DNA of 40,067 nucleotides from Octopus bimaculoides. Its lineage: Eukaryota. The notes beneath the pieces are model-generated. The model had not been told where the DNA came from. It searched no databases and saw only the letters and a list, made by a program, of their open reading frames with translations. Shown one piece after another: positions 22,380 to 34,173 of the stretch. The position numbers and the translations under genes were made by a program. The stretch spans positions 149,128,229 to 149,168,295 of the forward strand of contig NC_068983.1 of NCBI RefSeq assembly GCF_001194135.2. Direction: 5' to 3'. Numbering within the stretch: the stretch's first letter is position 1; each line of letters opens with the position of its first letter.

Positions 22380-22414
<35 letters not shown>

Positions 22415-22428
22415 AGCAGCAGCAGCAG
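21989..22428. repeat. (GTA)n/(GTG)n microsatellite block containing a 5-copy higher-order unit
   Basis: GTGGAATGGTGGTGAT(GGT)n(AGT)n is repeated 5 times between about 22180 and 22414. Confidence 0.95.
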
Positions 22429-22984
22429 CTCAGTGGGTTGTGACGATTAATAAAGAAAATAGTGACAGTGGCGTTGTGTGTATTGCTGGGCATGAATATA
22501 AATAACTGTGGCGTTTTGTATTTGTGTTGGTTATCCCATCAATGATATGACATCTATCCCAGTAATATAATACAACATCAAAGCCATTCCTTTTCCGACG
22601 AAGTAAGCCAACAGCAAAGTTTATTTTCAAACGTCATCATCGATCTAAACTTATGTTGTTTATATTTTCAATACGATTCGTGACGAGTTTGACTCTCACT
22701 AGCCAGCCAACTCTTAGTTATTGGCGTTTCGTTAATCCTGTAGTGCTGAGTTCAGGACATTTTGTGTGTTTCGTTTTGGATAACAACAGTCTCTGTCAGA
22801 TTAAATCATAAAACTGAAGAATAAGTTTAGTCTCTGACCCAACGAATTATCAGCTTCGCACAAACTTTCACACGACAACGTGTAATGTGGTCCTATTTGT
22901 CTATCGCGTTTTGAATTACATATAAATGCGAAATGCCGTCATTGTTATGAGACCTGCCATCTGTATGTATATTATATACATGGA

Positions 22985-23075
22985 CGCAGGCATGGCTGTG
23001 TGGATAAAATATTCGCTTTGCAACTATTTAGTTTCGCTTTCAATCCGACTGTGTGGCATCTTGGGTGAACGTTTT
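22985..23075 (+). mobile_element. SINE family C head fragment
   Basis: CGCAGGCATGGCTGTGTGG...TTCAATCCGACTGTGTGGCATCTTGGG matches the head at 29437. Confidence 0.7.
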
Positions 23076-23323
23076 GTAAAGGTAAAGGTGAAGTAACCTT
23101 CTCGAGCCATACCGACTCATAAGGGTGAGTTTTCCAGTTTCATGGTGCATAAATGTTCCCCACCTGGAAGGGACGCCTTCTCATTTTTGCTAGCTGAGTG
23201 GCTGGAGCAACGTGAAATGAGGTGTTTTGCCTAGGAATACAACGCGTCACCATGTCCAGGAATCGAAACTACAATCTTACGACCATGAGTCCAAAACCCT
23301 AACCACGAAGCCACGCAGTCCCA
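23076..23323 (-). mobile_element. tRNA-derived SINE family D with (ACCTTT)n tail
   Basis: Minus-strand head GTGGCTTCGTGGTTAGGGTTTTGGACTCATGGTCGTAAG...TTTCGATTCCTGG. The tail reads GTAAAGGTAAAGGT on the + strand. Confidence 0.88.
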
Positions 23324-23501
23324 CAAACGTCTTGTATTGTAACCATAAGTCAAACAAAATCTTGTGTGCAAATTATGGAAGAACAAAAATGCTATGCACA
23401 TCCAACTTAACACCACCACAAGACACAATTAGCGAAGTACACACTGCTGCTAGCATGGACACCGATATGAGAATAACTACCTCCCAACAGTCTCGGGAAA
23501 A

Positions 23502-23652
23502 GTGGAGGTGTGTGGCTTAGCGGTTAGGGTGTTGGACTCATGGTCGTAAAATAAGGGTTTCGATTCCTGGACGGGAAAACGCTTCGCTTCACGTTGCTTC
23601 AGTTCACTCAGCTGGCAAAAGTGAGTAATCTGGCGTCCCATCCAGTGAGGGG
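23502..23652 (+). mobile_element. SINE family D, 5' part
   Basis: GTGGAGGTGTGTGGCTTAGCGGTTAGGGTGTTGGACTCATGGTCGTAA...GGTTTCGATTCCTGGAC, inverted relative to 23076-23323. Confidence 0.88.
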
Positions 23653-24103
23653 TGAGGAATATAAACACCACAAAAACCTGAAAACCCACCTTATGAGTTT
23701 ATATAACTCCGGGAGGAGCTTTAACAGTCTCGGAGGTCCTGAAATTAGTGGTAGGTGCTGCCCTTCTTCCCTTGGCTCACTATAAAAATTGTGAAGTTTC
23801 TAAGTTGCCGCGTTATCAGCTGCAGCCAATAGCTTAATTTCAAGGTGTACCAGTGAAAAGTTCTTAAAATTTCTTACGATATCAGAAAGATATAAAAATG
23901 TAGGGTATATTACAGACATGCTTTTTTTTTCTTTTTTTTTTTGACAACCCAGAAATGATGAATGACATTGTCAACTCAAACGCTATTTGAACCTGCAATT
24001 TAAAGGGATGGCAGGAAATATTGCCAGTAAGATATTCATTCCGACTTTTTGTAGCTTCTGCCAAGTCACCATCTTTTTAATATGGAGAAATATACACTTC
24101 AAA

Positions 24104-24299
24104 GTGGTCACTTGAACTTCCTTAAATCGCTACCAAATACGACTCAAAATCAAACTATTGTCTGAAACAAAGCAAGACAGGTTGGATGATGTAGTACTAA
24201 ATACACTATAGTTGTAACAAGAAGTGATAGTCACGGTTAGAACGTCTTTGATCATAGGTCAACATATTAAGAGTAGGCCAGGGGCTAAAACAATAACAA
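24104..24299 (+). mobile_element. Family E repeat copy (probable LINE 3' end with AAC-like tail)
   Basis: Ends GGGGCTAAAACAATAACAAT and has loose reverse-complement similarity to 180-372. Confidence 0.5.
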
Positions 24300-24455
24300 T
24301 TATTTTTTATTTGAAATTTTAAAAGAATATTAAGGAATTTGACTAATGTTATTTTATAGATTCAATTTTGTGTGACAGCGCACGCGCGTGTGATGGTATA
24401 TGTGTATGTATGAGTGTCTGTGAGTGTGAGTGAATGAGGCAGAAAGAGAAAGTGT

Positions 24456-24694
24456 TATTTCTTTACTACCCACAAGGGGCTACACACAGAGGGGACAAAC
24501 AAGGACAGACAAACGGATTAATTCGATTATATCGACCCCAGTGCGTAACTGGTACTTATTTAATCGACCCCGAAAGGATGAATTTGAACTCAGAACGTAG
24601 CGGCAGACGAAATACCTATTTCTTTACTGCCCACAAGGGGCTACACACAGAGGGGACAAACAAGGACAGACAAACGGATTAATTCGATTATATC
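24456..24694 (-). mobile_element. Head-to-tail dimer (161-bp period) of a family-A-related SINE variant, running into the gap
   Basis: TATTTCTTTACT.CCCACAAGGGGCTACACACAGAGGGGACAAACAAGGACAGACAAACGGATTAATTCGATTATATC occurs at 24456 and 24617. The interior has the family-A core CTGGTACTTATTTAATCGACCCCGAAAGGATGAA. Confidence 0.9.
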
Positions 24695-25483
24695 NNNNNN
24701 NNNNNNNNNNNNNNNNNNNNNNNNNNNNNNNNNNNNNNNNNNNNNNNNNNNNNNNNNNNNNNNNNNNNNNNNNNNNNNNNNNNNNNNNNNNNNNNNNNNN
24801 NNNNNNNNNNNNNNNNNNNNNNNNNNNNNNNNNNNNNNNNNNNNNNNNNNNNNNNNNNNNNNNNNNNNNNNNNNNNNNNNNNNNNNNNNNNNNNNNNNNN
24901 NNNNNNNNNNNNNNNNNNNNNNNNNNNNNNNNNNNNNNNNNNNNNNNNNNNNNNNNNNNNNNNNNNNNNNNNNNNNNNNNNNNNNNNNNNNNNNNNNNNN
25001 NNNNNNNNNNNNNNNNNNNNNNNNNNNNNNNNNNNNNNNNNNNNNNNNNNNNNNNNNNNNNNNNNNNNNNNNNNNNNNNNNNNNNNNNNNNNNNNNNNNN
25101 NNNNNNNNNNNNNNNNNNNNNNNNNNNNNNNNNNNNNNNNNNNNNNNNNNNNNNNNNNNNGTGTGTGTGTGTGTGTGTGTGTGTGCGTGAATCTGTTCAT
25201 CGCGTGTGAGCCGTATGTTTGAGTATGTGTGTGTGCATATATGTGATTGGGGGGGTGGGGGGTGCAGCTGTTGTTTTTGTTTTTACTTTCGAATAAGTGC
25301 GTGGAAAGACAATGTGAAAGAGGTATTCAGAGTATTTTGACCGTGACTTGTGAACTGAAGTGTGGCAAAATTAGTTGAGAGCGATATCAAATCCGAAGAA
25401 TTTGGATGGTAATGGCACTTGTAATTATACACGTGCGGGAAGGTGGTTCCAGAGAATTCTAGATACCTTCATATACGTGTGTG

Positions 25484-25636
25484 GTGTCCGTGTGTGTATG
25501 TGTGTGTGTGTGTATACATATATATACACACACATACACACATATATGGAGAGAGAGAGAGAAAGAGGGAGAGAAAGAGAGAGAGAAAGAGAGAGAAAGA
25601 TAAAGAGAAAGAGAGAGAAAGAGAGAGAGAAAGAGA
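25484..25636. repeat. (TG)n/(TA)n/(CA)n and (GA)n/(GAGAAA)n simple repeats
   Basis: Directly visible. Confidence 0.95.
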
Positions 25637-26554
25637 GTGACAGTGCGGATGACAGGCAAACAGAGATAAAAATAGATAGGTAAGTAGCTGCACTTATGTA
25701 TTCATGAATAAAAAAAGTATGTAAGACAGATAGATGGAATTTTATATTGATATGAATCTATTCATATATACTGCTTCACTACGAGCCCCAATCTATCACA
25801 ACCTTAAAAATGAACTAAAATCCAAAATATTTATAGCAGAAATTTCAGATAAGTTTGGTATCTCTTAAGCATTGAACTAACAGATCAAAATTTTGTACAA
25901 AAATATTTGATACAAAGAACACATAGGATAAATCCTTCGACATATTCGTCACAGTACTTAAGGCAGCCTTACTTAGCCAAAAATACTACCACCAACAGCT
26001 ATGGATGACAAAAAGAGATCATATTTTTCTATAAATAGATGTAAGCCTCTTAAGATAAGTGTGTCAACAAAGTCAACATTTATTTTCAGGAACTCAAATT
26101 TAAAAGAAGAGAAATTTCAGTGACAAGATTGTTGAACGCCAGGCTTAATTCCTCCTGGTATTTAGTTTCGGCTCTGTTCGTTTTGAGTTCAAAATCCTTC
26201 TAGGAGTGACTTCCTCTTCCTTTAATCTGAATTTTATCAAATAAATATTTATATTTCTTTGTCAATGGTAAAAATCAATATATTTATCGAAAGCACAAGA
26301 TTAATCACACAAACATATTGTATTGATTAAAATAAATAGGTACCGACATATAAAGCAAAACTGGAACACTATATATTGGAGTTCTAAATAGAAAAACTCA
26401 TTCTTCATAAATAGAAAGTAGCAGCAATGATCAAACTAAGAAGCTATGAAGTTCAACACCTTTGCAACCATAGAAGAAATAGTTATCAGTTAAAAAGATT
26501 TCATAATATTCATAGCATTTTAAACAACACTTTAAAAGTTATGTATAATATAAT

Positions 26555-26645
26555 TCATTCTGATTTTGGCGCTAGGCCAGCAATTTTAGGAGAGCGGGTA
26601 AGTCGAGTTCATCGACCGAGAAAGGGTGAAGTCGACCTCAGTTGC
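26555..26645 (-). mobile_element. SINE family A, internally deleted fragment
   Basis: ATTTTGGCGCTAGGCCAGCAATTTTAGG...GTCGA.TTCATCGACC|GAAAGGGTGAAGTCGACCTC. Confidence 0.7.
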
Positions 26646-27877
26646 GTTAGATGTTAACTACAAATAACAAACATCTAATTCTGTGCTGAAAGAAAATCAT
26701 CCAGATGATAGCTCAACTTTCGTTTTTAATCCATCCAATTACCAGCTTTTCAGAAAAAATGGAACAAATTACGTTCAATCTGTAAGTTTCTAAGTATAGT
26801 TACCTATACCCAATCAATATGTTTTCAGGAAAGGAGATTCAAAAATCAACCTTACGCGAGCTATTCTGTAGATTATGGGTGTGTTGTTTACAAGTAATAT
26901 CTATATTTAATTTTCTTGTATGTGGGGAAATACTCTTTGTTATAAGGGCAATGTGAACCGGCACGAAAATGTACTTGTCTGATTAATATAACAGTTGGAG
27001 TTGTGAAGTTTATAACTTAGATGTTTGCCATTGAATTTATAAATTACTTCTATCGTTAGTAGCGTGTTTGTGACTTTACATGGCTTTATAAATAAGAAGT
27101 TTTTTTTTTTTAATGTTGTCGTAGTGTAACATTCATGATAGTTTAAGGTTTGGTATAATGTATGCTGTGTTGGTTATGTTTATTCTATAATTTTCATTTA
27201 ATCCTTGTAATACACTCTACGCATGGTTATGGAACAGAAGGAGATGAGAAATGTGTAGGGTTATACGTGTGTATTCACCATTAAGACTGAAAAGACAACC
27301 AATATATTTAGAAATGTGATCGCGGAATGGTAAGAATTGCGGACGAAATACACATATGAATACATTCTCTCAAGCACACATTCGTGCACAAAATACCACA
27401 AACACACACACACACACATACTGACAAGCACGCATATATATATACATTGCCGCATACGTATATGTAAAGAGGTGTGTAGTTGTATAGAAATAAATAATGC
27501 CATTAGCGATTCATTGCAACTCCCCAAATTCTTCTTGCCCTTCTCTGTATGTCGCCTGACGTTTTAATTTCCATAGCTGTATAATCAGATCACGCATATT
27601 AATTTTTTTTTTCAAATATACACATATATTGCTTTCATATAAATATATTTTTTAATCTTTTTATACCGTTATATTTTCATAGATCCTGAACGATTCTCTC
27701 TATTTACCAATTTCAGCGCTATTTTTCTGCCACCTAGATTTTTTTTTCTTTTATTCTTGTACATCTATTGGCATCATCCATTTCTATGCATCAATATGCT
27801 CCATTATACATATTTGAACACTATGTGTGTATACGTGCGTGTCAGAAAGATTATATATATATATATATATATATATA

Positions 27878-29137
27878 CAGGGGTTGGACGAAATAATGGA
27901 AACACCTTAAAATTTCAAACAAATTTATTTTGATATGGGGTAGGACCGCCTTTGGCAGTAATTACACCTTGAATTCTACGAGGTATGGACTCGTACAAAG
28001 TTTGAATTCTTTTCCAAAGGAATTTTTGTCCAGTCTTCAGCTGAAACAGTCTCCAGTTCTTGTAGTGATGATGGTGGAGGATATCGACTCTTTACTTGTT
28101 TTTCTAAAATGGCACCATAAATGTTTAATAATATTGAGACCGGGAGACTGTGGTAGCCAGATAAGATGTTCAACTTCACTAGAACGTTCCTCGTGCCATT
28201 CAGTAACAACTTTAGCTATCTCAATTGGTGCATTACCATCCTGAAAGACTGCGTTTCCTTCCGGAAACGGTTCCGCAACCATAGGATGAATTTGATCAGA
28301 TAAAATGATTAAACAGTCTTGACTAATAATTCTGCTATGAAGGCAAACCATTGGGCTGGCGGATTTTCAAGATATACCCCCCCCCCCCAGATCATCACAG
28401 ATCCTCCTCCATGTTTAACAGTTGGAAGAAGGTAGTCTGGGTCAAATGCTTCTTTTGGCTGTCTCCACATGTATATTCGGCTGGTGGTCGGAAATAAGGT
28501 AAAGGATGACTCGTCCGAGAAAATAACATTCTTCCACTGCTCTAGGGACCAATTCTGTAGGTTTTTATTCCACTCTAAACGCTTTGCAACATTTGAAAGT
28601 AGTGGTTTTCTGATTGCAGCCCTGCCGTGAAATCCAGCTTTGTGCAGCTCCTGGCGAACAGTTTTTGTGGAAACCGGGTTCTAGAGGTGGTCATTAAGCT
28701 CTGCAGTAATTTTGGGAGCTGTACTTTTGTGTTCCTTTCTAACAATTCACGTAAGCGTCCGACGGTCCTTATCTGAAAGTTTTGGTTTTCTTTCGGAGTT
28801 TGTTTCGACGAGGATGTTTTCCCATCTTTCTCAATGGCTGTCATTACTTTCGAGATAATACTTCTTGATACACCAAATATTTTACGCTAACGCCTGCCAT
28901 ACGAGCATCAACAATTTGACCTATTTGAAAGTCCGATAGATCTATCATTTTAATGAATTTTAATAACCTTTTTCTGTTGATATCAGAAAAGAAAAAGCAA
29001 TTTTAGCAAAACATATTAAGCAACACTAATAATAAATCACAAAAACATAAAAATAAACAAGCTTTTGACGGTTTTATAGATATTTCAAAATTGTGGTGCT
29101 ATGATGCTAGGTGTTTCCATTATTTTGTCCAAACCCT
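27878..29137 (-). mobile_element. Near full-length Tc1-family transposon with ~30-bp TIRs, inserted in (TA)n
   Basis: Left TIR CAGGGGTTGGACGAAATAATGGAAACACCT (27878-27907) follows TA. Right TIR AGGTGTTTCCATTATTTTGTCCAAACCCT is at 29109-29137. Confidence 0.95.
27930..28948 (-). pseudogene. Tc1 transposase pseudogene (DD34E-type), full length but frameshifted
   Basis: MIDLSDFQIGQIVDARMAG, KLSDKDRRTLT, GFHGRAAIRKPLL, VIFSDES, PTVKHGGGSVMIW, AVFQDGNAP, WLPQSPGLNIIKHLW (E>K), YESIPRRIQGVITAKGGPTPY. Confidence 0.95.
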
Positions 29138-29178
29138 TTGGACAAAATAATGGAAACACCTAGCATCATAGCACCACA
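29092..29178. repeat. Perfect 42-bp-arm palindrome (3-nt CCC loop) centred on the Tc1 right end
   Basis: TGTGGTGCTATGATGCTAGGTGTTTCCATTATTTTGTCCAAA-CCC-TTTGGACAAAATAATGGAAACACCTAGCATCATAGCACCACA. Confidence 0.95.
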
Positions 29179-29436
29179 TACATACATATATATATATNNN
29201 NNNNNNNNNNNNNNNNNNNNNNNNNNNNNNNNNNNNNNNNNNNNNNNNNNNNNNNNNNNNNNNNNNNNNNNNNNNNNNNNNNNNNNNNNNNNNNNNNNNN
29301 NNNNNNNNNNNNNNNNNNNNNNNNNNNNNNNNNNNNNNNNNNNNNNNNNNNNNNNNNNNNNNNNNNNNNNNNNNNNNNNNNNNNNNNNNNNNNNNNNNNN
29401 NNNNNNNNNNNNNNNNNNNNNNNNNNNNNNNNATAT

Positions 29437-29600
29437 AGGTGCAGACGTGGTTGTGTGGTAAGTTGCTAGCTTACCAACCACATGGTTCCGGGTTCAGTCC
29501 CATTGCGTGGCACCTTGGGCAAGTGTCTTCTACTATACCCTCGGACCAACCAAAGCCTTGTAAGTGGATTTGGTAGACGGAAACTGAAAGAAGCCCGTCG
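29437..29600 (+). mobile_element. SINE family C, 5' half (tRNA-like head)
   Basis: GTGGTTGTGTGGTAAG...GGTTCCGGGTTCAGTCCC (A/B-box-like)...TTGGGCAAGTGTCTTCTACTATA...GGATTTGGTAGACGGAAACTGAAAGAAGCCCGTCG, then (TA)n. Confidence 0.9.
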
Positions 29601-31168
29601 TATATATATATATTGAATGATTCATTGAATGATTGAAATTACCGAAATACAACTTTAACACGAAATAACTTCGAAAATAGAAACTTTTCTCAACAACGCT
29701 AAGAGTAAAAAATGTTCTATATGACACATTCTACCGGTATACGAAGTTTCAAAGTGTTTAGTTAAAGAAAATTAATTAATCGAGTTGCCCATGAAAAGGA
29801 AAAGATCCAACCTGTTATAAAAAGACTTCTGCAGCTTATGAGGCAGCTGAAAATTACATTGACGGATTTGTAAAAATGATATCTGATTAAAAAGTACACT
29901 AATAATTTTTTTTGTCTATCGTATTTTATTTAACTGTTTATTAGAATAAAAATAAGCGATAATATTTAAAGCCTTTAATCTCGCACTGCGTGAATATTCT
30001 TGACACAAATGAACAATACTGTACAATACTTTCGCTAGGCCGTGTTTATATACTTTTGCTGAACATTCGGTACATATGTGTCTTGCTTAATATGTAATTT
30101 TTTACATCTTCCTAAGCTTATCGGTGATATTTTCCTCATACTTATGGTAAGCTGGTAAAAATGTCCAAATGCCCTACTAGGCTAGGCTTCTCAATACACT
30201 GTTATGATTTCCTGATGAGCTCAAAGCTTAAGTTCAACCTACGATCGAGACATACAAATCACAATTTTGTTTTCAGAATCTGGGTTTCTACCTTGGCTAT
30301 TTCTGAGCATTATGACTTATAATCGAGGAGGTATCCTATGAATATACGGTACTACCATTTCCTAAATCCCGAACACACCGAATTCCATAACATAACTGGT
30401 TTCAAGTGCTTGAGATAAAAGTATGTGTACTTTATTAGATTAACATTTAATTTTAGATCATATTTTATATTTTTGAACTTAAGTTTGTACTATTTATTGT
30501 GTTACACATTGTTCGCATTTCGTTTCGTATTTTTAACATCTAATTATTTAATATTATTTAATATTAGCAATTTAGTCCATTATAATCAAATTGGTTGTAT
30601 TTCAGTGCACTGTAGATCTCTTTATTTAGCAGCCTATTTTTTAAATATTTTCTAACGTTTCTCTACATATTGTTATTAAGAAACCTTCTTGAACATTTTC
30701 AGCTGCAACTAGTTTTTGTCGTTGGTATGTAGCTATACGCAATTATTCATAGTAGTTAATGCCTTTTTTATAAAGTCAAATATTTATTTGAAGCGTTCTA
30801 CTTTCACACTTTAATATACATTTTGTATTCTTTTAGTATATTTTCTTTCAAGAATATTTTATATCTATATGTTGTCAGCACCTAAGTTAGACCTTGATAT
30901 TTCTAAAGTACAGTCAATAATTCAATTGTTTTTTTCGTTATAGATTTTAATTGCTTTTATAGATAGACTCAAAGCTTATCTGTGATCTCCATAAGCGTTG
31001 TTTTAAATAGATCATAATTAGCCACGTGCGTAACTGTTTAAAAATATCTCATCATATAATCTAGCTTAAATGTTGTAACAATAGAATAGAATAGACGTTG
31101 ATGATTTTCGGGTTTGTGTGATTTTGCTTTCTTTTCTTTTTTCCTTGGTTTTTTTTCTTCGATTCTAT

Positions 31169-31821
31169 CAGTGTTTCTCAACCATTTTTTTTTTTTTTTT
31201 GCTTGTCGACCCCTTTGGTTCCTGTTATACTCGAATGGATCCTCCAAACCATTTGATGTTTAAAATATCATACTACATTTTGATGTGAAGGCGCAATGGC
31301 GCAATGGCCCAATGGTTTGAGCAGCGGACTCGCGGTTTCGATTCCCAGACCGGGCGTTGTGAGTGTTTATTAAACGAAAACACCTAAAGCTCCACGAGGC
31401 TCCGACAGGGGAAGGTGGCGAACCCTGCTGTACTCTTTCACCACAACTTTCTCTTACTTCCTGTTTCTGTTGTGCCTGTAATTCAAAGGGTCAGCCTTGT
31501 CACACTGTGTCACGCTGAATATCCCTGAGAACTACGTTAAGGGTACACGTGTCTGTGGAGTGCTCAGCTACTTGCACGTTAATTTCACGAGCAGGCTGTT
31601 CCGTTGGTCGGATCAACTGGAACCCTCGACGTTGTAAGCGACGGAGTGCCAACACACGCACTACATTTTGATAATTAAATATTATTACAAATTGTATAAA
31701 AAACATTGTTAAAATATTTTGTGTATTGTAGAAGTATAACCAATTTATTGCAGTAAAATTTCAACAACAAAATCTTATGTGTATCCCCTGGGGCCATATG
31801 GACCCTAGTTAAGAAACACTG
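31169..31821. mobile_element. hAT-like MITE (~265 bp net) interrupted by SINE B
   Basis: TIRs CAGTGTTTCTCAAC (31169-82) and GTTAAGAAACACTG (31808-21) differ by 1 mismatch, with subterminal GACCCC-like motifs. No clean 8-bp TSD is seen. Confidence 0.7.
31285..31659 (+). mobile_element. SINE family B, full length with 13-bp TSD
   Basis: TSD ACTACATTTTGAT at 31272-31284 and 31660-31672. Highly similar to the reverse complement of 10633-11019, with a small head duplication (GGCGCAAT x2) and a deletion. Confidence 0.95.
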
Positions 31822-32879
31822 TTATATTTTTCATGTATGGTGAGTTGGTTTTCATAAGAGCCCCTGAATAAAGCCACGAGACTTGAAACTGTCAAACGGC
31901 TGTAGGGTCTTGATTCGAAGTAAATGTATATATATTCTACATTCTAAAATACATTGCACCCTTTCTTGTGTAATTGGTCTTCTCAGAATTGAAAGTATTA
32001 TATAAATATGTATGTGTGTGAATATGCAGACACACACACACACACACACACACACATACTTACACACTCACAAACACATGTATATATAAGTGTATGAAAG
32101 CGTGTGTGTGTATAGGAACGATATTGATTACATCTAAAGACGTTTTGTCCTGACTCGCTTTTGGTAAGCGTAACTTTAACCACGAGGAATTGATATCATC
32201 AGACGATATCAAACGATATCGTACCGTAATACCTTCTCTTTGGTGGCTCATCATCTCTTCTTGGCTTCCAGCTTAACTCTCCTCACTCTTGCTTTACAAC
32301 ATACTCACAGCGGCTATAGTCTATAACACGATATTTGCCGAACTCATTAAGACACATTGTCTTACAGTGATATAAATATACAACTTCGTTAAATCTGGGG
32401 TTATTGGGGTTATCTCCTGTGCTTGTTGCTTTTAGATTTTAAGTACTTCTTAATAGAGTTTTCATTTAAGTACAGGGATAATTTCATTTAATTAGAAGTT
32501 TTCAGTTCAATATACGTTTTTCCGTGAAAATCTTCCATATTTGTATTTAATGGAAATATTTTTTGTACCTTACTTATTTATCCCTTATTTAATAGAAATA
32601 TTTACTAAAGAAAACATGAGCAAATCGTAGTGATTTGAAGCATATTAAAGAACATCTGACAGTTTGTATAGGTACAGCATATCTGACCAATCAAGGATGA
32701 AATTTGTAGTTATTGGTTACTTTCACAGTCCTAGAGCCTCATAAGCAATAGCATTTATCAATCTTTTATAACACCAAAAGAGAATGTATGGATAAAGAAG
32801 AACCTTTTCACGAATTATATGAAATGAGTAAATACTTAAACAGCAGAGACCACCTCCACGCATCTAAGTTAGTTTCAGA

Positions 32880-33263
32880 TTGTTGAAATATATTTTCGTG
32901 TTATTTGTCACCGAATATCACTCCCAACCGAGGAATTATGTAGAATTTGACCGTACGAGCATAGAAAATCATTACATAGAAAGTCCATTACATAGTAATA
33001 ATGATATTGGTGATAGGCTTTCAGTTCAAAATGACATTGAATTGACCTGGATGCTCCGAATTTTGGATCAGGTGGTTGCCGTCAGTGTGATTAACCTCGA
33101 AAATCGAGATTCAGTAATTTGCTCCGACGATGATGTTGATGGGATCGGAATAGCTACAAAGGCTTCTTGGTGTAAAGCTCAATTATGCACGAATAGAATT
33201 CTTTATTATTTTTGCAGAATCCACATTTCTCAATGCAAGCACATATTCTTAAAAATACAATGA
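32880..33263 (+). CDS. Unassigned 127-codon open frame, possible exon
   Basis: Longest stop-free, non-repeat, non-TE frame in the window, preceded by TTAGTTTCAG. The segment TWMLRILDQVVAVSVINLENRDSVIC loosely recalls the W..DL....V..I...NR.D.C pattern of F-type lectin/discoidin-like domains. No convincing splice donor, and it could be chance. Confidence 0.2.
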   Translation: MLKYIFVLFVTEYHSQPRNYVEFDRTSIENHYIESPLHSNNDIGDRLSVQNDIELTWMLRILDQVVAVSVINLENRDSVICSDDDVDGIGIATKASWCKAQLCTNRILYYFCRIHISQCKHIFLKIQ

Positions 33264-34173
33264 TCATCATAAAAACAAATGATCACCGCTAAACAAGGCA
33301 ACATTAGAAAACCTTTAAAGAGAAAAGCATTTAGGAAAGTGCAAAGATTTGGAGGGGGGAGTTATTGATGGTTTTATTCTAATTTAAATTTGTGTTCTAA
33401 CTGCTATTTATGCATTTAACAGCGAATATACTGGTATTAATCAAACTGTATTTCTATTTCTTAGTTATTCTACTGACTTTGTTTATGTAATAAATGCATT
33501 TAAAATACTTCTTAGACTACGGAAAGTTTACGATAACAGCAAACAAATCCTCGAGGTTTTCATTATTTGGGAAGTTTACTGTAATGAGACGAGTAAAATT
33601 CAATACATTCGGTACAATATCGATTTGATCACCGGAATGCTCATTTTCAGAACGATAAACAATTAATTTATAAATATGTCAGCTATGCTAAGCGAATTAC
33701 TGCTTGCAATCCGGTTTCGATTCTACACAACGAATGTAACCACGTGGAAAACAGAATCCCTATAATAGAATTAAAGTGATATTTTTCTAAACTGTCTTTA
33801 TTTTGCCGCCCTGCTTGTTTCTTCATTTCATTACCGTAAAGTAATTCACGTAAAAATGTATTTTCTAGAAGGGAAATTAATATAATTGTATGTCTCAGGG
33901 AATTCAATCCTTTCTGCATTATCCTCACCGTCCTTATAACATAATCATCTTCATCTTCTTCTGCTGCTGTTGGTTACATTATTAAATTATCTCTGATGAT
34001 CTCTATTTAAAAATTAATCAACACGAAAGTAGGTCAGAGTTATTTTCCTCAAAGCCTTTACCGTATTTTACTTGTTTGTATTATACATTTGAATGGCAAA
34101 ACGATCCAAAGAGGCTGACAGAATTATTAGATATTTTAATATTGGGAAACAAGGGAATACGGAGTGATATTTT

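Noticed and set aside
26754-26781. 28-nt micro-exon candidate (CTTTTCAG ... GTAAGT)
   Set aside because: The splice-like signals are good, but these are expected by chance in 40 kb, the length is not a multiple of 3, and there are no partner exons.
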